This document shows positions 18,872 to 30,287 of a stretch of DNA of 64,000 nt, piece by piece. A program made the translations under genes and the position numbers. How positions within the stretch are numbered: the first letter of the stretch is position 1; each line of letters begins with the position of its first letter. Under the pieces are notes generated by a model. That model was not told where the DNA came from. It made no database searches and saw only the letters and a list, made by a program, of their open reading frames with translations. This DNA comes from Thainema sp. (GTDB lineage: Bacteria > Cyanobacteriota > Cyanobacteriia > Phormidesmidales > Phormidesmidaceae). The stretch is from the NCBI GenBank assembly GCA_052168235.1, contig JBQLZK010000012.1:44038-108037 (forward strand), written 5' to 3'.

Positions 18872-21800
18872 ATGATGTTAGGCCACTCTTTCAGTCACAC
18901 CACTATTCATGAAGCGATTGAACACCAAGCGCGCCAAACACCGCAGGCTAAAGCAATCATTTGGCAACAAACGAGCTTAACCTATGCAGAACTTAATCAG
19001 CGGGCCAATCAGTTAGCCCACTATTTAATTCATTCAGGTGTTCAACCAGAATGTTTTGTAGGAGTTTGTTTAGAGCGATCGCTTGATATGGTGGTGGCGC
19101 TGTTGGCGATTCTTAAGGCTGGAGGGGCTTATGTACCTTTGGATCCCACCTATCCTTCCGATCGCCTCGCTTTCATTATTGAAGATACTCAGCTTCCTTT
19201 GGTCATTACTCAAGTGAGCCTGCAACCGTGTCTACCGGAGTATCAGGCCAAAGCTATCTATCTAGATACCGAGCAGTCAACGCTGGAGCAGTTTTCGATC
19301 CAAAATCCAGACACTTGGCAAAATCCGGCTCAGGGCGTGAACCCTCACAACCTGGCTTACGTGATTTACACCTCTGGGTCAACTGGCCGACCCAAAGGTG
19401 TCGCGATTGAACACCGCAATGCGATCGCACTGATTGACTGGGCACGAGAACTCTATACTTCTGAACAGTTGGCTGGCGTACTGGCCGCAACGTCACTCTG
19501 CTTTGATTTGTCGATTTTTGAACTGTTCGTTACGTTAAGCTGTGGCGGCACGGTGATTTTAGCCAAGGATGCTCTCCAGTTGCCCCGTCTACCGGCTGCG
19601 AATCAGGTGACGTTAATTAATACAGTGCCATCTGCGATCGCAGAACTGTTGAGGATTGACGGTATTCCAACTTCTGTTAAAACCATTAATCTTGCGGGCG
19701 AACCACTACAAAATACGCTAGCCCAGCAGCTTTATCAGCTTGACCACGTTGAGCAAGTTTATAACCTATATGGGCCGTCCGAAGATACCACCTACTCTAC
19801 TGTCGCCCTAGTCCAAAAAGGCGCAACAACTTCGCCCTCAATTGGCCGTCCGATCAGCAATACCCAAATTTATCTGTTAGACAGCCGCCTCAACCTGGTG
19901 CAGGAAGGAGCGGAAGGCGAAATCTATATCAGTGGAGCAGGCATTGCCCGGGAATATCTCAACCGACCGGATTTAACCGCTGAACGATTTTTGCCCAATC
20001 CCTACAATAAGCAAGCACCCCATGATCGACTCTACAAAACCGGGGATTTAGCGACTTACTCTGCCGACGGCACACTCAACTACTTAGGGCGAATTGATCA
20101 TCAAGTCAAAGTGCGCGGTTTTCGGATCGAACTGGGTGAAATTGAGTTTGCGCTGAGCGAGTATCCCGACATTCGTCAGGTTGTCGTCGTGGCCCGAGGT
20201 GATGCACCAGACCGCACGAATAAGCGATTGGTTGCCTATGTTGTACCAGATGTTGTACCAGAGATAAATGAGCATCTAACAAGCATTACACCTCGAAGCT
20301 TACGAGACTATCTTCAGCAGAAACTCCCAAACTACATGATCCCGTCAGCGTTCATGCTGCTGGATGAGATGCCTTTGACCTTAAATGGCAAGGTCGATCG
20401 ACGGGCTCTCCCTGTTCCAAAATGGTCGCGTATGGAAGAAGGCACCTATGTTCCTCCCAGCCGTCCACTAGAGATTCAACTGGCGTACATTTGGTCTCAG
20501 CTACTGGGTGTGGAGCACATTGGCATCCATGACGGATTCTGTGAGTTAGGTGGGCATTCACTCCTCTCGGTTCAGCTCATGGCGCAACTCCAGCAAACTT
20601 TAAATGTTGAAGTTCCGTTGGAAGTCTTTTTAGAAACTCCAACCATTGCAGGACTAGCCCAAGCGATTGAATATCTTCAGCAAGGCCAGCAATTATTCAC
20701 TTCGATTGATAGCATCGAAGCCAGTATTCAGCTTGATGCAAGGGTTCAACCTCAGCATCAGTTAACTGCACCCGTTATGAACTTCTTTTTAACAGGTGCG
20801 ACTGGTTTCCTAGGCGGTTTTATTCTGCATGAGCTGCTTGAACAGACCCATGCCGATGTTTATTGTTTGGTGCGAGCCGATAGTTTGGAAGAGGGCCGAG
20901 CCCGATTGCAACAGGTGCTTCAGCGTTATTACCTGTGGGAAGAAGCCTTCGACTATCGCATTATTCCGGTACTGGGAGACTTGAGTAAGCCAGAACTCGG
21001 AATTGAGCCTGCTCTGTTTCAGCGGCTGAGCGAAAAAATTGATGCCATTTATCACTGCGGTGCTTGGGTCAACATGGTTTATCCCTACGCCACTCTGGAG
21101 CCTACCAATGTTAAAGGAACGCAGGAAGTTTTGAGACTAGCCAGTCAAAGCCATCCTAAGCCCGTTCACTATGTCTCTACGACCGATGTGTTTTCTACTG
21201 CTGCCCGAGCAGGTCTGCATTCAGTTTGTGAACTTACCCCCATTGGGCCAGCTAAGGCTCTGTATAGCGGCTATGCTCAAACGAAGTATGCGGCAGAACG
21301 TCTCGTCATGGCAGCGCGCGATCGCGGTTTACCGGTTGCGATTTATCGACCTGGAAATATCATTGGTTCTCAACAAACGGGGATCTGTCAGACCAGTGAC
21401 TTCGTCGCAAAGCTACTCAAGGGCTGCCTGCAAGCCGGAGCTGCTCCCCAGATTGAAGCAAGTTTAAACCTGTCGCCGGTTGATTTCGTCAGTCGCACCA
21501 TCGTGCGGCTATCTTGCCACACCCTCCCGCAGGGACAAGCATTTCTGGTCGTTAATCCTGATTCGTTGTCCTGGAGCCAATCTATAGACCGGTTGAGACA
21601 AGCTGGATATTCTTTGCAAACCCTACCCTATGAGGCTTGGTACAGCCTCCTTCTGAAGCAGATTGCTCAAACCACTTCTATAAAAGACCCCGATAGTAAC
21701 GTATTGGCTCCTTTGGTTTCACTTCTCACTTACCAAGGCTTTGTACAAAAGCTGTTAGGAGCCCTTGAGTTTGATCAATTGAGGCAGCTTAGTCAATTAA

Positions 21801-21919
21801 CTCGCTATGCGATTGAGTATCCTCCATCAGCCATAGATTCACTCGATTTATATATTTCTTACTTGAGTCAGTGTCGTTTCCTCCCCAAGCCAGTGCTTTC
21901 TAGCCAACTCATGGCTTGA
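18872..21919 (+). CDS. Stand-alone NRPS-like enzyme: adenylation - PCP - terminal thioester reductase (A-T-R)
   Basis: A motifs YTSGSTGRPKG, NLYGPSE, YKTGDL, GRIDHQVKVRGFRIELGEIE and NGKVDR; PCP LGGHSLL; R domain LTGATGFLG and GYAQTK; no condensation domain. Confidence 0.93.
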   Translation: MMLGHSFSHTTIHEAIEHQARQTPQAKAIIWQQTSLTYAELNQRANQLAHYLIHSGVQPECFVGVCLERSLDMVVALLAILKAGGAYVPLDPTYPSDRLAFIIEDTQLPLVITQVSLQPCLPEYQAKAIYLDTEQSTLEQFSIQNPDTWQNPAQGVNPHNLAYVIYTSGSTGRPKGVAIEHRNAIALIDWARELYTSEQLAGVLAATSLCFDLSIFELFVTLSCGGTVILAKDALQLPRLPAANQVTLINTVPSAIAELLRIDGIPTSVKTINLAGEPLQNTLAQQLYQLDHVEQVYNLYGPSEDTTYSTVALVQKGATTSPSIGRPISNTQIYLLDSRLNLVQEGAEGEIYISGAGIAREYLNRPDLTAERFLPNPYNKQAPHDRLYKTGDLATYSADGTLNYLGRIDHQVKVRGFRIELGEIEFALSEYPDIRQVVVVARGDAPDRTNKRLVAYVVPDVVPEINEHLTSITPRSLRDYLQQKLPNYMIPSAFMLLDEMPLTLNGKVDRRALPVPKWSRMEEGTYVPPSRPLEIQLAYIWSQLLGVEHIGIHDGFCELGGHSLLSVQLMAQLQQTLNVEVPLEVFLETPTIAGLAQAIEYLQQGQQLFTSIDSIEASIQLDARVQPQHQLTAPVMNFFLTGATGFLGGFILHELLEQTHADVYCLVRADSLEEGRARLQQVLQRYYLWEEAFDYRIIPVLGDLSKPELGIEPALFQRLSEKIDAIYHCGAWVNMVYPYATLEPTNVKGTQEVLRLASQSHPKPVHYVSTTDVFSTAARAGLHSVCELTPIGPAKALYSGYAQTKYAAERLVMAARDRGLPVAIYRPGNIIGSQQTGICQTSDFVAKLLKGCLQAGAAPQIEASLNLSPVDFVSRTIVRLSCHTLPQGQAFLVVNPDSLSWSQSIDRLRQAGYSLQTLPYEAWYSLLLKQIAQTTSIKDPDSNVLAPLVSLLTYQGFVQKLLGALEFDQLRQLSQLTRYAIEYPPSAIDSLDLYISYLSQCRFLPKPVLSSQLMA

Positions 21920-21941
21920 GCTTTCTTCAATGCAACAAGCT

Positions 21942-21984
21942 AAAGGTTTACTTACTGAGACATCACAGCAGTCAGTAAACCTTT
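21942..21984 (+). terminator. Possible terminator hairpin after the A-T-R gene
   Basis: AAAGGTTTACT ... AGTAAACCTTT stem running into TTTTT. Confidence 0.45.
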
Positions 21985-22194
21985 TTCCAAACACTTTTGA
22001 ATCCAATATTTACCGATATTTATATGCGGCCAAACAATTTTCTCTGCGCAATGTTATTTCAAAAGTCAACTTGGGTACTTTGAAGGTGAGCAAGAGAGTC
22101 AGTTGATGCCGTGGCTCAAGCCCATGCCAAGGTATCAACTGAAGCGTCATACGAATAAAAGTTGAAAATAACTTACCGAGTTTGTGGCGTAACC

Positions 22195-25125
22195 ATGAAA
22201 AAAATCGGCTTTTCAAAAGAGAATTGGGACGGAATCCATAATGCCCAGCAATATAAAGGATCCATCACTCGAAAGACTCTGGTTACGACCGCTATCAGTA
22301 TCAGTGTTGTGATCGTTGCTTCTACGGGCATCGCCTATCGGCAACTTGTTTCAAGGATCACAGATGAAACCTTAGCTCAAGTTGAAAAGTATGCTCAGCT
22401 CCGAGCAGAACGGGAACGAGCCGTTTTTCAACTAGCAGAAGATAACCATATTTTGCTCAAAGAGGCTTTACTCACCGAGCTTGAACAAAATCGCGATCGC
22501 GCCAGTAGCATATCTGCATTTAACCAGCTTTTTGAAAGACAGGCAGACGGTACATTTCGCAATCGAGAAGAATTCTTTAACGTCGAAGAAACCCCTGGTA
22601 TTTTCTTAGGTGCCAACGTTAACGTTGACCAAAATATGCAGCACCGAGTTATCTCATACTTCAATGTTCTAGAAGCCTATGGGCCAGCTTGGCGAAACCG
22701 GTTTGTCAATACCTATATGCAGATTCCAGAGAATGGAATTGCAATCTACATGCCAACCTATCCCTGGGTTCAAAATGCGCCATCTGATCCTGCATTTAGA
22801 GTCACGGATGATGAGTCATTCTATATCACGGACAAGGAACATAACCCAATTCGCGAGACAGTATGGACAGGTATTTACTATGACCAAGTTGCACGTGCTT
22901 GGATGGCATCCTGTGTGACTCCAGTTGATGTGAATAGTCAGCATATCGCCACGATTGGGCACGATATTCTAATTACTGAACTGCAAGATCGAACGATTAA
23001 TGAAACCCTAGAGGGAACTTACAACATGATCTTTCGGGCAGATGGTCGTTTGGTGGCCCACCCCGAATTAATGGATGAAATTCAACAGAACCGAGGTAAA
23101 TTTAATATCTCTCAGTCTGACGATTCTCGGCTTCGCCAAATCTTTGAACTTGTAACTCAAAAGTCAGACGGTCAAATTATCTTAGATCACGTTGAACATG
23201 ATGAATACTTAGCTGTTACTTCAATCGAAGGCCCCGATTGGTATCTCGTGACGGTTTTTCCAAAGGCTTTAGTTCAGCAACAGGCATTCATAACAGCACG
23301 CCTAGTTTTACTCCTCGGTTTCTTTTCGTTATTGATTGAAGTCATCGTTATTTTCTTCATTCTGCGACGCCAAATTTCCACACCGCTTGCTAGTCTAATG
23401 GCAGCAACTGAAAGTGTTGCTAGTGGAAATTTGGACATCGATCTCAATACAGATCGTCAAGATGAGCTTGGTCGTTTGGCTTTTCTCTTCAACAAAATGG
23501 CCCAGCAGTTAAAGGCATCATTTGAAAAGCTAGCCAAATCAAATGAAATACTTGAAGCTCGTGTTGAAGAACGTACGGCTGAATTAAAGCAGGCTAAGGA
23601 AGTGGCTGATGCTGCTAATCAAGCCAAGAGCGAGTTCTTAGCAAATATGAGTCATGAATTAAGAACACCGCTAAATGGCATTTTGGGCTATGCTCAAATT
23701 TTAAGACGTTCTGATACATTTACGGCTGATGAAAAACAAGGATTGAATATTATCTATCAGTGTGGATCGCATCTGTTAACGTTGATTAACGATATTTTAG
23801 ATCTTGCAAAAATTGAAGCTCGAAAGATGGAGCTACATCCAACTCATATTCATTTTCCATCTTTTCTTCAGGGTGTATACGAAGTTTGTCAGATCAGAGC
23901 TCAGCAGAAACAGATCGATTTCACTTATCGGTCTGATCCAAATCTGCCAACTAGTATTTTATCCGACGAAAAACGACTCAGGCAGATCCTGATTAATCTC
24001 ATCAGTAATGCAATTAAGTTTACAGAGTATGGCTCTGTCGTATTTAGCGTACAAGTTATCGATTCCGTTGCTCAATGTGCCAATAGTCCATCTCAATTGA
24101 ATCCAGAAATAGCGGCTGTAAATAAATCTACAGATCAAAGCGATATATTGAAAGACTCAAATACGTTAAGAATTCGCTTTGAGGTGCAGGATACTGGCGT
24201 CGGTATGACCGATGAACAAGTGCAAAAAATCTTCTTGCCATTTGAGCAGGTTGGCAACGTTAAGAAGCAATCTGAGGGGACTGGTCTAGGGCTTTCTATT
24301 AGTCAAACGTTTGTTCAAATGATGGGTGGTTCATTGAATGTTAGGAGTCAGCTAGGGCAAGGTAGTACGTTTTGGTTTGACGTTGACTTTTATGAAGTTG
24401 AGGCATGGGATGAACAGTCAAAAATCACATCGAATTTAGGCAAGGTTACTGGCTTTGAAGGATCTGAGATACCTATCTTGCTCGTTGATGATCGGTGGGA
24501 AAACCGAGTTGTCATTCGAAAACTCCTGGAACCACTCGGATTCAAGATTACAGAGGCTGAAGATGGTCAAGAGGCTTTAGAAAAAGCAGAGCATTTTCTT
24601 CCTCATTTAATTATTACTGATTTAGCTATGCCAGTTATGGGTGGGTATGAGTTGTTAAAAGCACTTCAACAAACTGATGTATTAAAAGATATACCTGTCA
24701 TTATTTCTTCTGCAAGCGTTTTTAATTCAGAACAATATAAAAGTATGAAAGCAGGTGCAAAAGCCTTCTTAGCTAAGCCTATTCAGGCGGAAGAACTATT
24801 TGATGCGCTAGAAAAATATCTAAACATTAAATGGATCTATGAAACCGAAAATCTAGCATTAATAGGTCAAGCAGATCATCCTTGTTCTGATATTTTTAGT
24901 ATTGGAGAGGATGTTTTAGTTCCATCTCATGAAGAACTTATTCAGCTTTATGAATATGCTCAAAAAGGTCGCATACTGAATTTAGAGCAGAGAGTTGAAG
25001 AGCTAAGATTGGAAAATCAAGAACTGGCCGCGTTTGCCAGCCAAATTCGTATGTTAACTCGGAACTTTAAACTAGAAAGGATTCAAGATTTGTTGAGGGA
25101 TTATCTCAATGTTGATCCGAAATAG
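22195..25125 (+). CDS. Hybrid sensor kinase: TM - Cache-like periplasmic domain - TM - HAMP - HisKA/HATPase - receiver
   Basis: Two TM segments, WTGIYYD Cache-like motif, [40 protein letters not shown] and receiver LLVDD...TDLAMP...KP. Confidence 0.92.
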   Translation: MKKIGFSKENWDGIHNAQQYKGSITRKTLVTTAISISVVIVASTGIAYRQLVSRITDETLAQVEKYAQLRAERERAVFQLAEDNHILLKEALLTELEQNRDRASSISAFNQLFERQADGTFRNREEFFNVEETPGIFLGANVNVDQNMQHRVISYFNVLEAYGPAWRNRFVNTYMQIPENGIAIYMPTYPWVQNAPSDPAFRVTDDESFYITDKEHNPIRETVWTGIYYDQVARAWMASCVTPVDVNSQHIATIGHDILITELQDRTINETLEGTYNMIFRADGRLVAHPELMDEIQQNRGKFNISQSDDSRLRQIFELVTQKSDGQIILDHVEHDEYLAVTSIEGPDWYLVTVFPKALVQQQAFITARLVLLLGFFSLLIEVIVIFFILRRQISTPLASLMAATESVASGNLDIDLNTDRQDELGRLAFLFNKMAQQLKASFEKLAKSNEILEARVEERTAELKQAKEVADAANQAKSEFLANMSHELRTPLNGILGYAQILRRSDTFTADEKQGLNIIYQCGSHLLTLINDILDLAKIEARKMELHPTHIHFPSFLQGVYEVCQIRAQQKQIDFTYRSDPNLPTSILSDEKRLRQILINLISNAIKFTEYGSVVFSVQVIDSVAQCANSPSQLNPEIAAVNKSTDQSDILKDSNTLRIRFEVQDTGVGMTDEQVQKIFLPFEQVGNVKKQSEGTGLGLSISQTFVQMMGGSLNVRSQLGQGSTFWFDVDFYEVEAWDEQSKITSNLGKVTGFEGSEIPILLVDDRWENRVVIRKLLEPLGFKITEAEDGQEALEKAEHFLPHLIITDLAMPVMGGYELLKALQQTDVLKDIPVIISSASVFNSEQYKSMKAGAKAFLAKPIQAEELFDALEKYLNIKWIYETENLALIGQADHPCSDIFSIGEDVLVPSHEELIQLYEYAQKGRILNLEQRVEELRLENQELAAFASQIRMLTRNFKLERIQDLLRDYLNVDPK

Positions 25126-25206
25126 TGCCGTGAAGCAATTTTTAAGTGTATCCCTGCTGAAAGATATTCTGATGAATGAAAATAAACATAAAGTTTGGTG
25201 GATAGC

Positions 25207-26652
25207 ATGGTTGATACCGTATGTGATCTTATTCTAATCGTGGATGATAATCCTACTAATCTTGAGGTTCTCTCTAAGTCAATTAGTAGCACAGGTTATT
25301 CTATTGCCGTTGCTACGAGTGGTGAGAATGCTCTTAAGCAGATAGGTTACGAACGACCGTCTCTCATTCTGCTAGATGTCATGATGCCTGGTATCGATGG
25401 CTTTGAAACTTGTCGTCGCCTTAAAGCCGATCCAACAACCAGTGCTATTCCAGTTATTTTTATGACGGCTTTATCAGACATTGAAAACAAAATTAAAGGT
25501 TTATCTTTAGGCGCAGTTGATTATATTACCAAACCTTTCCAGCAAGAAGAGGTCATTGCTCGGATTAAAATTCATTTAAAGATTCAAACGTTAACTCAAA
25601 CCCTTGCCTGTCAAAATGAACTGTTGCGACAAGAAATTCAGCATCGAGAGCAGGCTGAGGCACAGCTGCAATTACTTAATCATGAATTAGAAGTACGAGT
25701 TGCAAATAGAACAGCAGAATTATCTACTGCGCTTCATCAGCTACAGCAAACGCAGGTACAGCTTGTCCAAAAAGAAAAGCTATCAACACTGGGTGAACTG
25801 GTTGCAGGAGTCGCCCATGAAATTAACAATCCAATTGGTTTTATTGCCAATAATTTAGAACCGGCCATGGAATATGTGGCGGATATCGCGCAGGTTATTC
25901 GCCTTTATCAACAGAATTATCCGAATCCAAGTATTGAAATCTCCCGATTTGTAGAAGATATTGATCTTGATTTTGCTTTGGATGATTTAGCAAAGCTTTT
26001 AGCTTCTATGCAACTTGGGACAGAGCGCATTCGGGAAATATCGATGTCCCTGCGCAATTTTTCTCGCTCGGATACAAAGTGTTTGATGCCTGTTAATATT
26101 CATCAGGGATTGGATAGTACACTGCTGATTTTGAAACATCGATTAAAAGAAAATGAGTATCGGCAGGCTATTAGCGTCGTTCGAAATTACGGAAATCTGC
26201 CCGAAATAACGTGTTATCCGGGGCAGATTAATCAGGTTTTTATGAATCTTTTATCTAATGCAATTGATGCATTAGATGAAGGTAGTCAATCTAATCAAGT
26301 TGTCACCAATACCAATTCAACTCATATATTACCGATTAGTTCTAAGTCTTTAGAACCCACTATTTGCATTAGCACAGAGTATGCTGGCGGTAATTGCGCC
26401 ACAATTCGCATTATCGATAACGGCCCTGGGATGGCAGATACCATTCGCGATCGCTTATTTGAGCCTCTATTTACTACTAAAAAAGTAAATCAGGGTACTG
26501 GTTTAGGACTGTCGATTAGCCGTCAAATTGTGGTTGAGCGACATGGGGGGCAGTTGACGTGCCAGTCTCACCCTGGCAAAGGCGCTGAGTTTGTGATTGA
26601 TTTACCAATCAATGCTGAGGTTGCAGCCAGTCAAGCACTACTTGTTTCTTAG
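25207..26652 (+). CDS. Receiver - histidine kinase hybrid
   Basis: ILIVDD...LLDVMMP...KPF, GVAHEINNP, NLLSNAIDA, DNGPG and GTGLGL. Confidence 0.92.
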   Translation: MVDTVCDLILIVDDNPTNLEVLSKSISSTGYSIAVATSGENALKQIGYERPSLILLDVMMPGIDGFETCRRLKADPTTSAIPVIFMTALSDIENKIKGLSLGAVDYITKPFQQEEVIARIKIHLKIQTLTQTLACQNELLRQEIQHREQAEAQLQLLNHELEVRVANRTAELSTALHQLQQTQVQLVQKEKLSTLGELVAGVAHEINNPIGFIANNLEPAMEYVADIAQVIRLYQQNYPNPSIEISRFVEDIDLDFALDDLAKLLASMQLGTERIREISMSLRNFSRSDTKCLMPVNIHQGLDSTLLILKHRLKENEYRQAISVVRNYGNLPEITCYPGQINQVFMNLLSNAIDALDEGSQSNQVVTNTNSTHILPISSKSLEPTICISTEYAGGNCATIRIIDNGPGMADTIRDRLFEPLFTTKKVNQGTGLGLSISRQIVVERHGGQLTCQSHPGKGAEFVIDLPINAEVAASQALLVS

Positions 26653-27581
26653 GCACCGAGAATTTGGTCGTCTAGGGAGAAGTCAACCTCAGCTTGATCT
26701 CGGCCAGATGAAAGATAGTCGTTCTGGAAAGAATCCTTTAAGCCTGAAACGAGATCAAACTGGGGTTGCCAATTGAGTTCGGTTTGAGCTTTATGAATAT
26801 CGGCAAAAAAGTGTTGTACTCGCATTGGAAATGCTTTGCGCTTGCCAAAATTAAACTGCTTCGGATCGTAGTGAACCAGTTCCAGCGCAGCGGGATCTTT
26901 TCCGGCTGCGATCGCACATGCCTTTGCTAAACCATCAAAGGTCACGTAGCGATCGCCAGAGATATTGTAAATCTGTCCAATAGCTTGAGAATTACCGAGT
27001 ACAGCTGCCATTGCTTGGGCTAAATCCTGCACATGGCCGAGCTGAGTGATGTGCATACCGTTGCCGGGAATGGGCACAGTGCGATCTCGGATAACCCGGT
27101 CAAAGAACCAGGCTTCGACATCGTTGTAATTCTGTGGGCCGTAGATGTAAACCGGACGAACAGAGGTGAAGGGGATCTTCTGTTCCGCTAAGTATGTTTC
27201 AGTCTCAAATTTTCCTTTGTGGCGACTGTTCGGATCGACGGCATCGGCTTCCCGATGGGGTAACTGGTCGGTCTTGAGATACACACCCGCAGAACTAACA
27301 TAGACAAAATGCTGTACCCGATCGCCGAACAGTTCAACCAAAGGCTTTGTGTCGCTCAGTTCTCGCCCGTTGTTGTCAAAAATGGCATCAAATGATTGGC
27401 CGGATAGCTTATCTTTAAGCTGTGCTGCATCTTTGCGATCGCAGTGAATTTGCTGGATGCCCTCGACTGGAGCAGGCTTGTTGCCGCGATTGAGTAAAAC
27501 AACCTCATGGCCTTGCTCAACCAAGATCCGAGTGAGGTACACACCAATAAAGCGAGTACCACCCATAACTAAAACTCTCAT
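26649..27581 (-). CDS. NAD-dependent epimerase/dehydratase family protein (CSP41-like)
   Basis: MGGTRFIG, DNNGRE, SSAGVY, RHKGK and RKAFPMR. Confidence 0.9.
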   Translation of the reverse strand: MRVLVMGGTRFIGVYLTRILVEQGHEVVLLNRGNKPAPVEGIQQIHCDRKDAAQLKDKLSGQSFDAIFDNNGRELSDTKPLVELFGDRVQHFVYVSSAGVYLKTDQLPHREADAVDPNSRHKGKFETETYLAEQKIPFTSVRPVYIYGPQNYNDVEAWFFDRVIRDRTVPIPGNGMHITQLGHVQDLAQAMAAVLGNSQAIGQIYNISGDRYVTFDGLAKACAIAAGKDPAALELVHYDPKQFNFGKRKAFPMRVQHFFADIHKAQTELNWQPQFDLVSGLKDSFQNDYLSSGRDQAEVDFSLDDQILGA

Positions 27582-27739
27582 CCGGCTATCCTCCCAGCGA
27601 TCACTGCTTTTCATCTTATACCGTTGCGTGATCCGGCCAAATGTCTACTATATTGGGAATCCTAATACCAGCCCTATAGAAAACGAGCGCTATGGACGAA
27701 TTCAGTGCTGAGTCTGAAGACTGAGGGGCAGAAATACGC

Positions 27740-28279
27740 TTACGCCTCTCGCCTCACGTTATCGTGAGACAGCGTGACGCCTAATTTCTGAGACAGCCAC
27801 ACCTCAGTATTACGAATCAGGTACTTGCGGGGCATTTGGGTTGGGTCAACCATTGGCTCGACCAAAATGGTATACATGCCTAACCGATTGCCAACTAGCA
27901 CGTCCGTAAACAAGCGATCGCCTACCATGCCAACCTGCTCAACTGGCAAACCTAACTCCTGTAGAGCCAAGCGCACCTTGCGCCGCGATGGCTTGCGGGC
28001 ACCAAGAATATAGGGCAGATCTAATGCTTGTGCAATCCGACCAATCCGAACCTGACTCAAATTGTTGCTAACGAGCCAAATACCCTTGAGATGAGGGCGC
28101 AGATCGGCTAACCAATCTTTCAATTCAGCCGTAATCTGGGATGAATTAAATGGCACCAGAGTTTCATCCACATCAAGCACCAGGCCATTTAAACCGCCAC
28201 GCTGAATGGTTTCCGCCGTTAGGCTGAGAATACTGTCTCCCAGAACGAGATCAGGCTGTAATAACTTCCCCCAGGTCAT
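27740..28279 (-). CDS. yqeG: YqeG family HAD IIIA phosphatase
   Basis: LDVDETL, VSNN, KP and VGDRLFTD. Confidence 0.9.
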   Translation of the reverse strand: MTWGKLLQPDLVLGDSILSLTAETIQRGGLNGLVLDVDETLVPFNSSQITAELKDWLADLRPHLKGIWLVSNNLSQVRIGRIAQALDLPYILGARKPSRRKVRLALQELGLPVEQVGMVGDRLFTDVLVGNRLGMYTILVEPMVDPTQMPRKYLIRNTEVWLSQKLGVTLSHDNVRREA

Positions 28280-28383
28280 GCCAGTGCGCGCATTTCACAA
28301 TTTATCGAGCTGAACTATCAGCTTACACCGAGCCTACAACTTTACTCGCGATTTGTCGAAAACCGACATGTCCTGTTACCGAC

Positions 28384-29505
28384 CTACGAATTATCCGCAC
28401 TGTCACCCGATTGACTACGAGCCTCTACCGCGTCGCGAATGGCATTTTGAGCGGCTTGATGTGCCTCTAGCGTTTCGCTAAATACATGCGTGCCGTCGTA
28501 GCGAGCCACAAAGAAGAGATAGTTTGTATCGGCGGGATAGAGAGTGGCTTCTAAACTGGCTAAACCGGGACTTGCGATCGCAGTTGGCGGTAAACCCGCA
28601 TTCATGTATGTGTTATAGGGTGAAGGCGTTTCCACTTGGGCAAAGGTCAGCGGCTGCTCAACGGTTTGGCGAATGCCTAGAGCATATTCAACGGTCGGAT
28701 CGGCTTCTAAGCGCATTCCTTCGCGCAAGCGATTGGTAAACACACCAGCAATAACGGATCGCTCATCGGCAACGACCGATTCTTTCTCAACAATACTGGC
28801 TAGTGTGACCCATTCCAGCAGACTCAAACTAGTTTGATCTTGGCCCTCCTGATACAGCGGTAAGGCGACTTGCTCAAACCGGCTGAGCATTTGATTGATA
28901 AAGGAGGTCGGTGAGACCACGTCACTGGCCAACTGGTAGGTGTCGGGATATAAAAAGCCCTCTAAATGGGGCAAATCGGCAGGCAACCAAGGATACTGAT
29001 CGTAAGGAATTTGACGAGTGGCTGCTTTAAACTCCTCCGCTGAGAAAAAGCCCTGTTCCTCAAAGGACTCAGCCATCTGATCGATCGACCAGCCTTCTGG
29101 TACCGTAAAGCTGGTTTGCAGTACATCGCCTTGCCAGATCTGATTGGCAATTTCTTCCATTGACTGATTGGGAGATAGCTCATAAACCCCAGCCTGAAAA
29201 TCCCCTGTCCGATTTGAAAGATGTTGCCAGCGTGTCCACAAATCCCAGGCTGTTGCAGAACGGATTAGACCAGTCGTTTCCAAATTCTTTCCAATTTGCT
29301 GACCCGGTGTACCGGGCGGAATTTCAATCTGAATTTCCGCCTCAGTGCCATCTGCCGGGCTTTCCGCTGTACTGTTTGACTCCGATTCGGCAGCCGTGAC
29401 TGGGGCACTGGCCCAACTCCACCACGCCCAACCTTGCCAGGCACAAACGCCTAGCACAGCCGCTCCGAAGAGAAGAAATAACAGTCCTTTAAAACGCGAT
29501 TTCAT
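28384..29505 (-). CDS. mltG: Endolytic transglycosylase MltG
   Basis: N-terminal TM, PEG, LEGFLYPDTY, LASIVEKE, SPYNTY...GLPP and YLFFVA. Confidence 0.95.
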   Translation of the reverse strand: MKSRFKGLLFLLFGAAVLGVCAWQGWAWWSWASAPVTAAESESNSTAESPADGTEAEIQIEIPPGTPGQQIGKNLETTGLIRSATAWDLWTRWQHLSNRTGDFQAGVYELSPNQSMEEIANQIWQGDVLQTSFTVPEGWSIDQMAESFEEQGFFSAEEFKAATRQIPYDQYPWLPADLPHLEGFLYPDTYQLASDVVSPTSFINQMLSRFEQVALPLYQEGQDQTSLSLLEWVTLASIVEKESVVADERSVIAGVFTNRLREGMRLEADPTVEYALGIRQTVEQPLTFAQVETPSPYNTYMNAGLPPTAIASPGLASLEATLYPADTNYLFFVARYDGTHVFSETLEAHQAAQNAIRDAVEARSQSGDSADNS

Positions 29506-29595
29506 AATGCTAGCCGTGAGTAGGGGACTATTAGCACAACCCAAAGTTAGCCTGTCGGATTGATGCCAACCGCAATAGTATCAATCCAACCTCAA

Positions 29596-30168
29596 TTAAT
29601 CATCTAGTACATCAAATAGCTGATCTTCGAGTTGTGGTCGCATCTGCTGAAACTCAGTTGGTGATAATAACCTTGGCTTTCCAGTTTCATCTAGCCGGGC
29701 AAAGAATAGCAGCGGATCAAGCGGCGTGCACGCGATATACTCTTGGTCCTGATAGTAAAACGTGGTCAGCTGTTGAAACTGCTCTAAGTCAGCCTCACCT
29801 TTACCTTCGTCTTCTTCTTCAACATCAAGCGAAATCACCTCGTCTTCGTCAACCTCTGGTAAATCACCCGCTGCAGTTAGTGTCAATGCTGTCCGATATA
29901 GCCGTAAATCCTGTTCGGCCAGCACAGCTTTCGCGGTTTCGAACACGCTGTCGATTTCTTCCTCTTCGACATCAACCAGGAATTCTTCTTCGCCCGTTTC
30001 ATCGTCTTGCCAAGCAAATATCTCGATGGGGGCATGAACTGGCATGAGCAGCAGATAAGTTTCACCGTCGATCTCGAAACTGCGCTCAACATAGCACGGC
30101 AAATCTCGACCGGCTTCATCCGTTAACGCCACCGTCGGCATATCTAAATCTGTATCGTCGTCGTGCAT
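29596..30168 (-). CDS. DUF3727 domain protein
   Basis: Acidic protein with LPCYVE, AKAVLAE and PLDPLLFFAR; typical neighbour of ruvX/mltG. Confidence 0.85.
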   Translation of the reverse strand: MHDDDTDLDMPTVALTDEAGRDLPCYVERSFEIDGETYLLLMPVHAPIEIFAWQDDETGEEEFLVDVEEEEIDSVFETAKAVLAEQDLRLYRTALTLTAAGDLPEVDEDEVISLDVEEEDEGKGEADLEQFQQLTTFYYQDQEYIACTPLDPLLFFARLDETGKPRLLSPTEFQQMRPQLEDQLFDVLDD

Positions 30169-30287
30169 GCTTGCTAAACCTTTGTTTGATCAACCTTACT
30201 CATCAATCCTTATAGCAGTTTATGAGCAGGTTCGGGTAAAGCATACCTTTAAACCCTAACTGCTACATGGAGTTTAAATGCTGGGCA

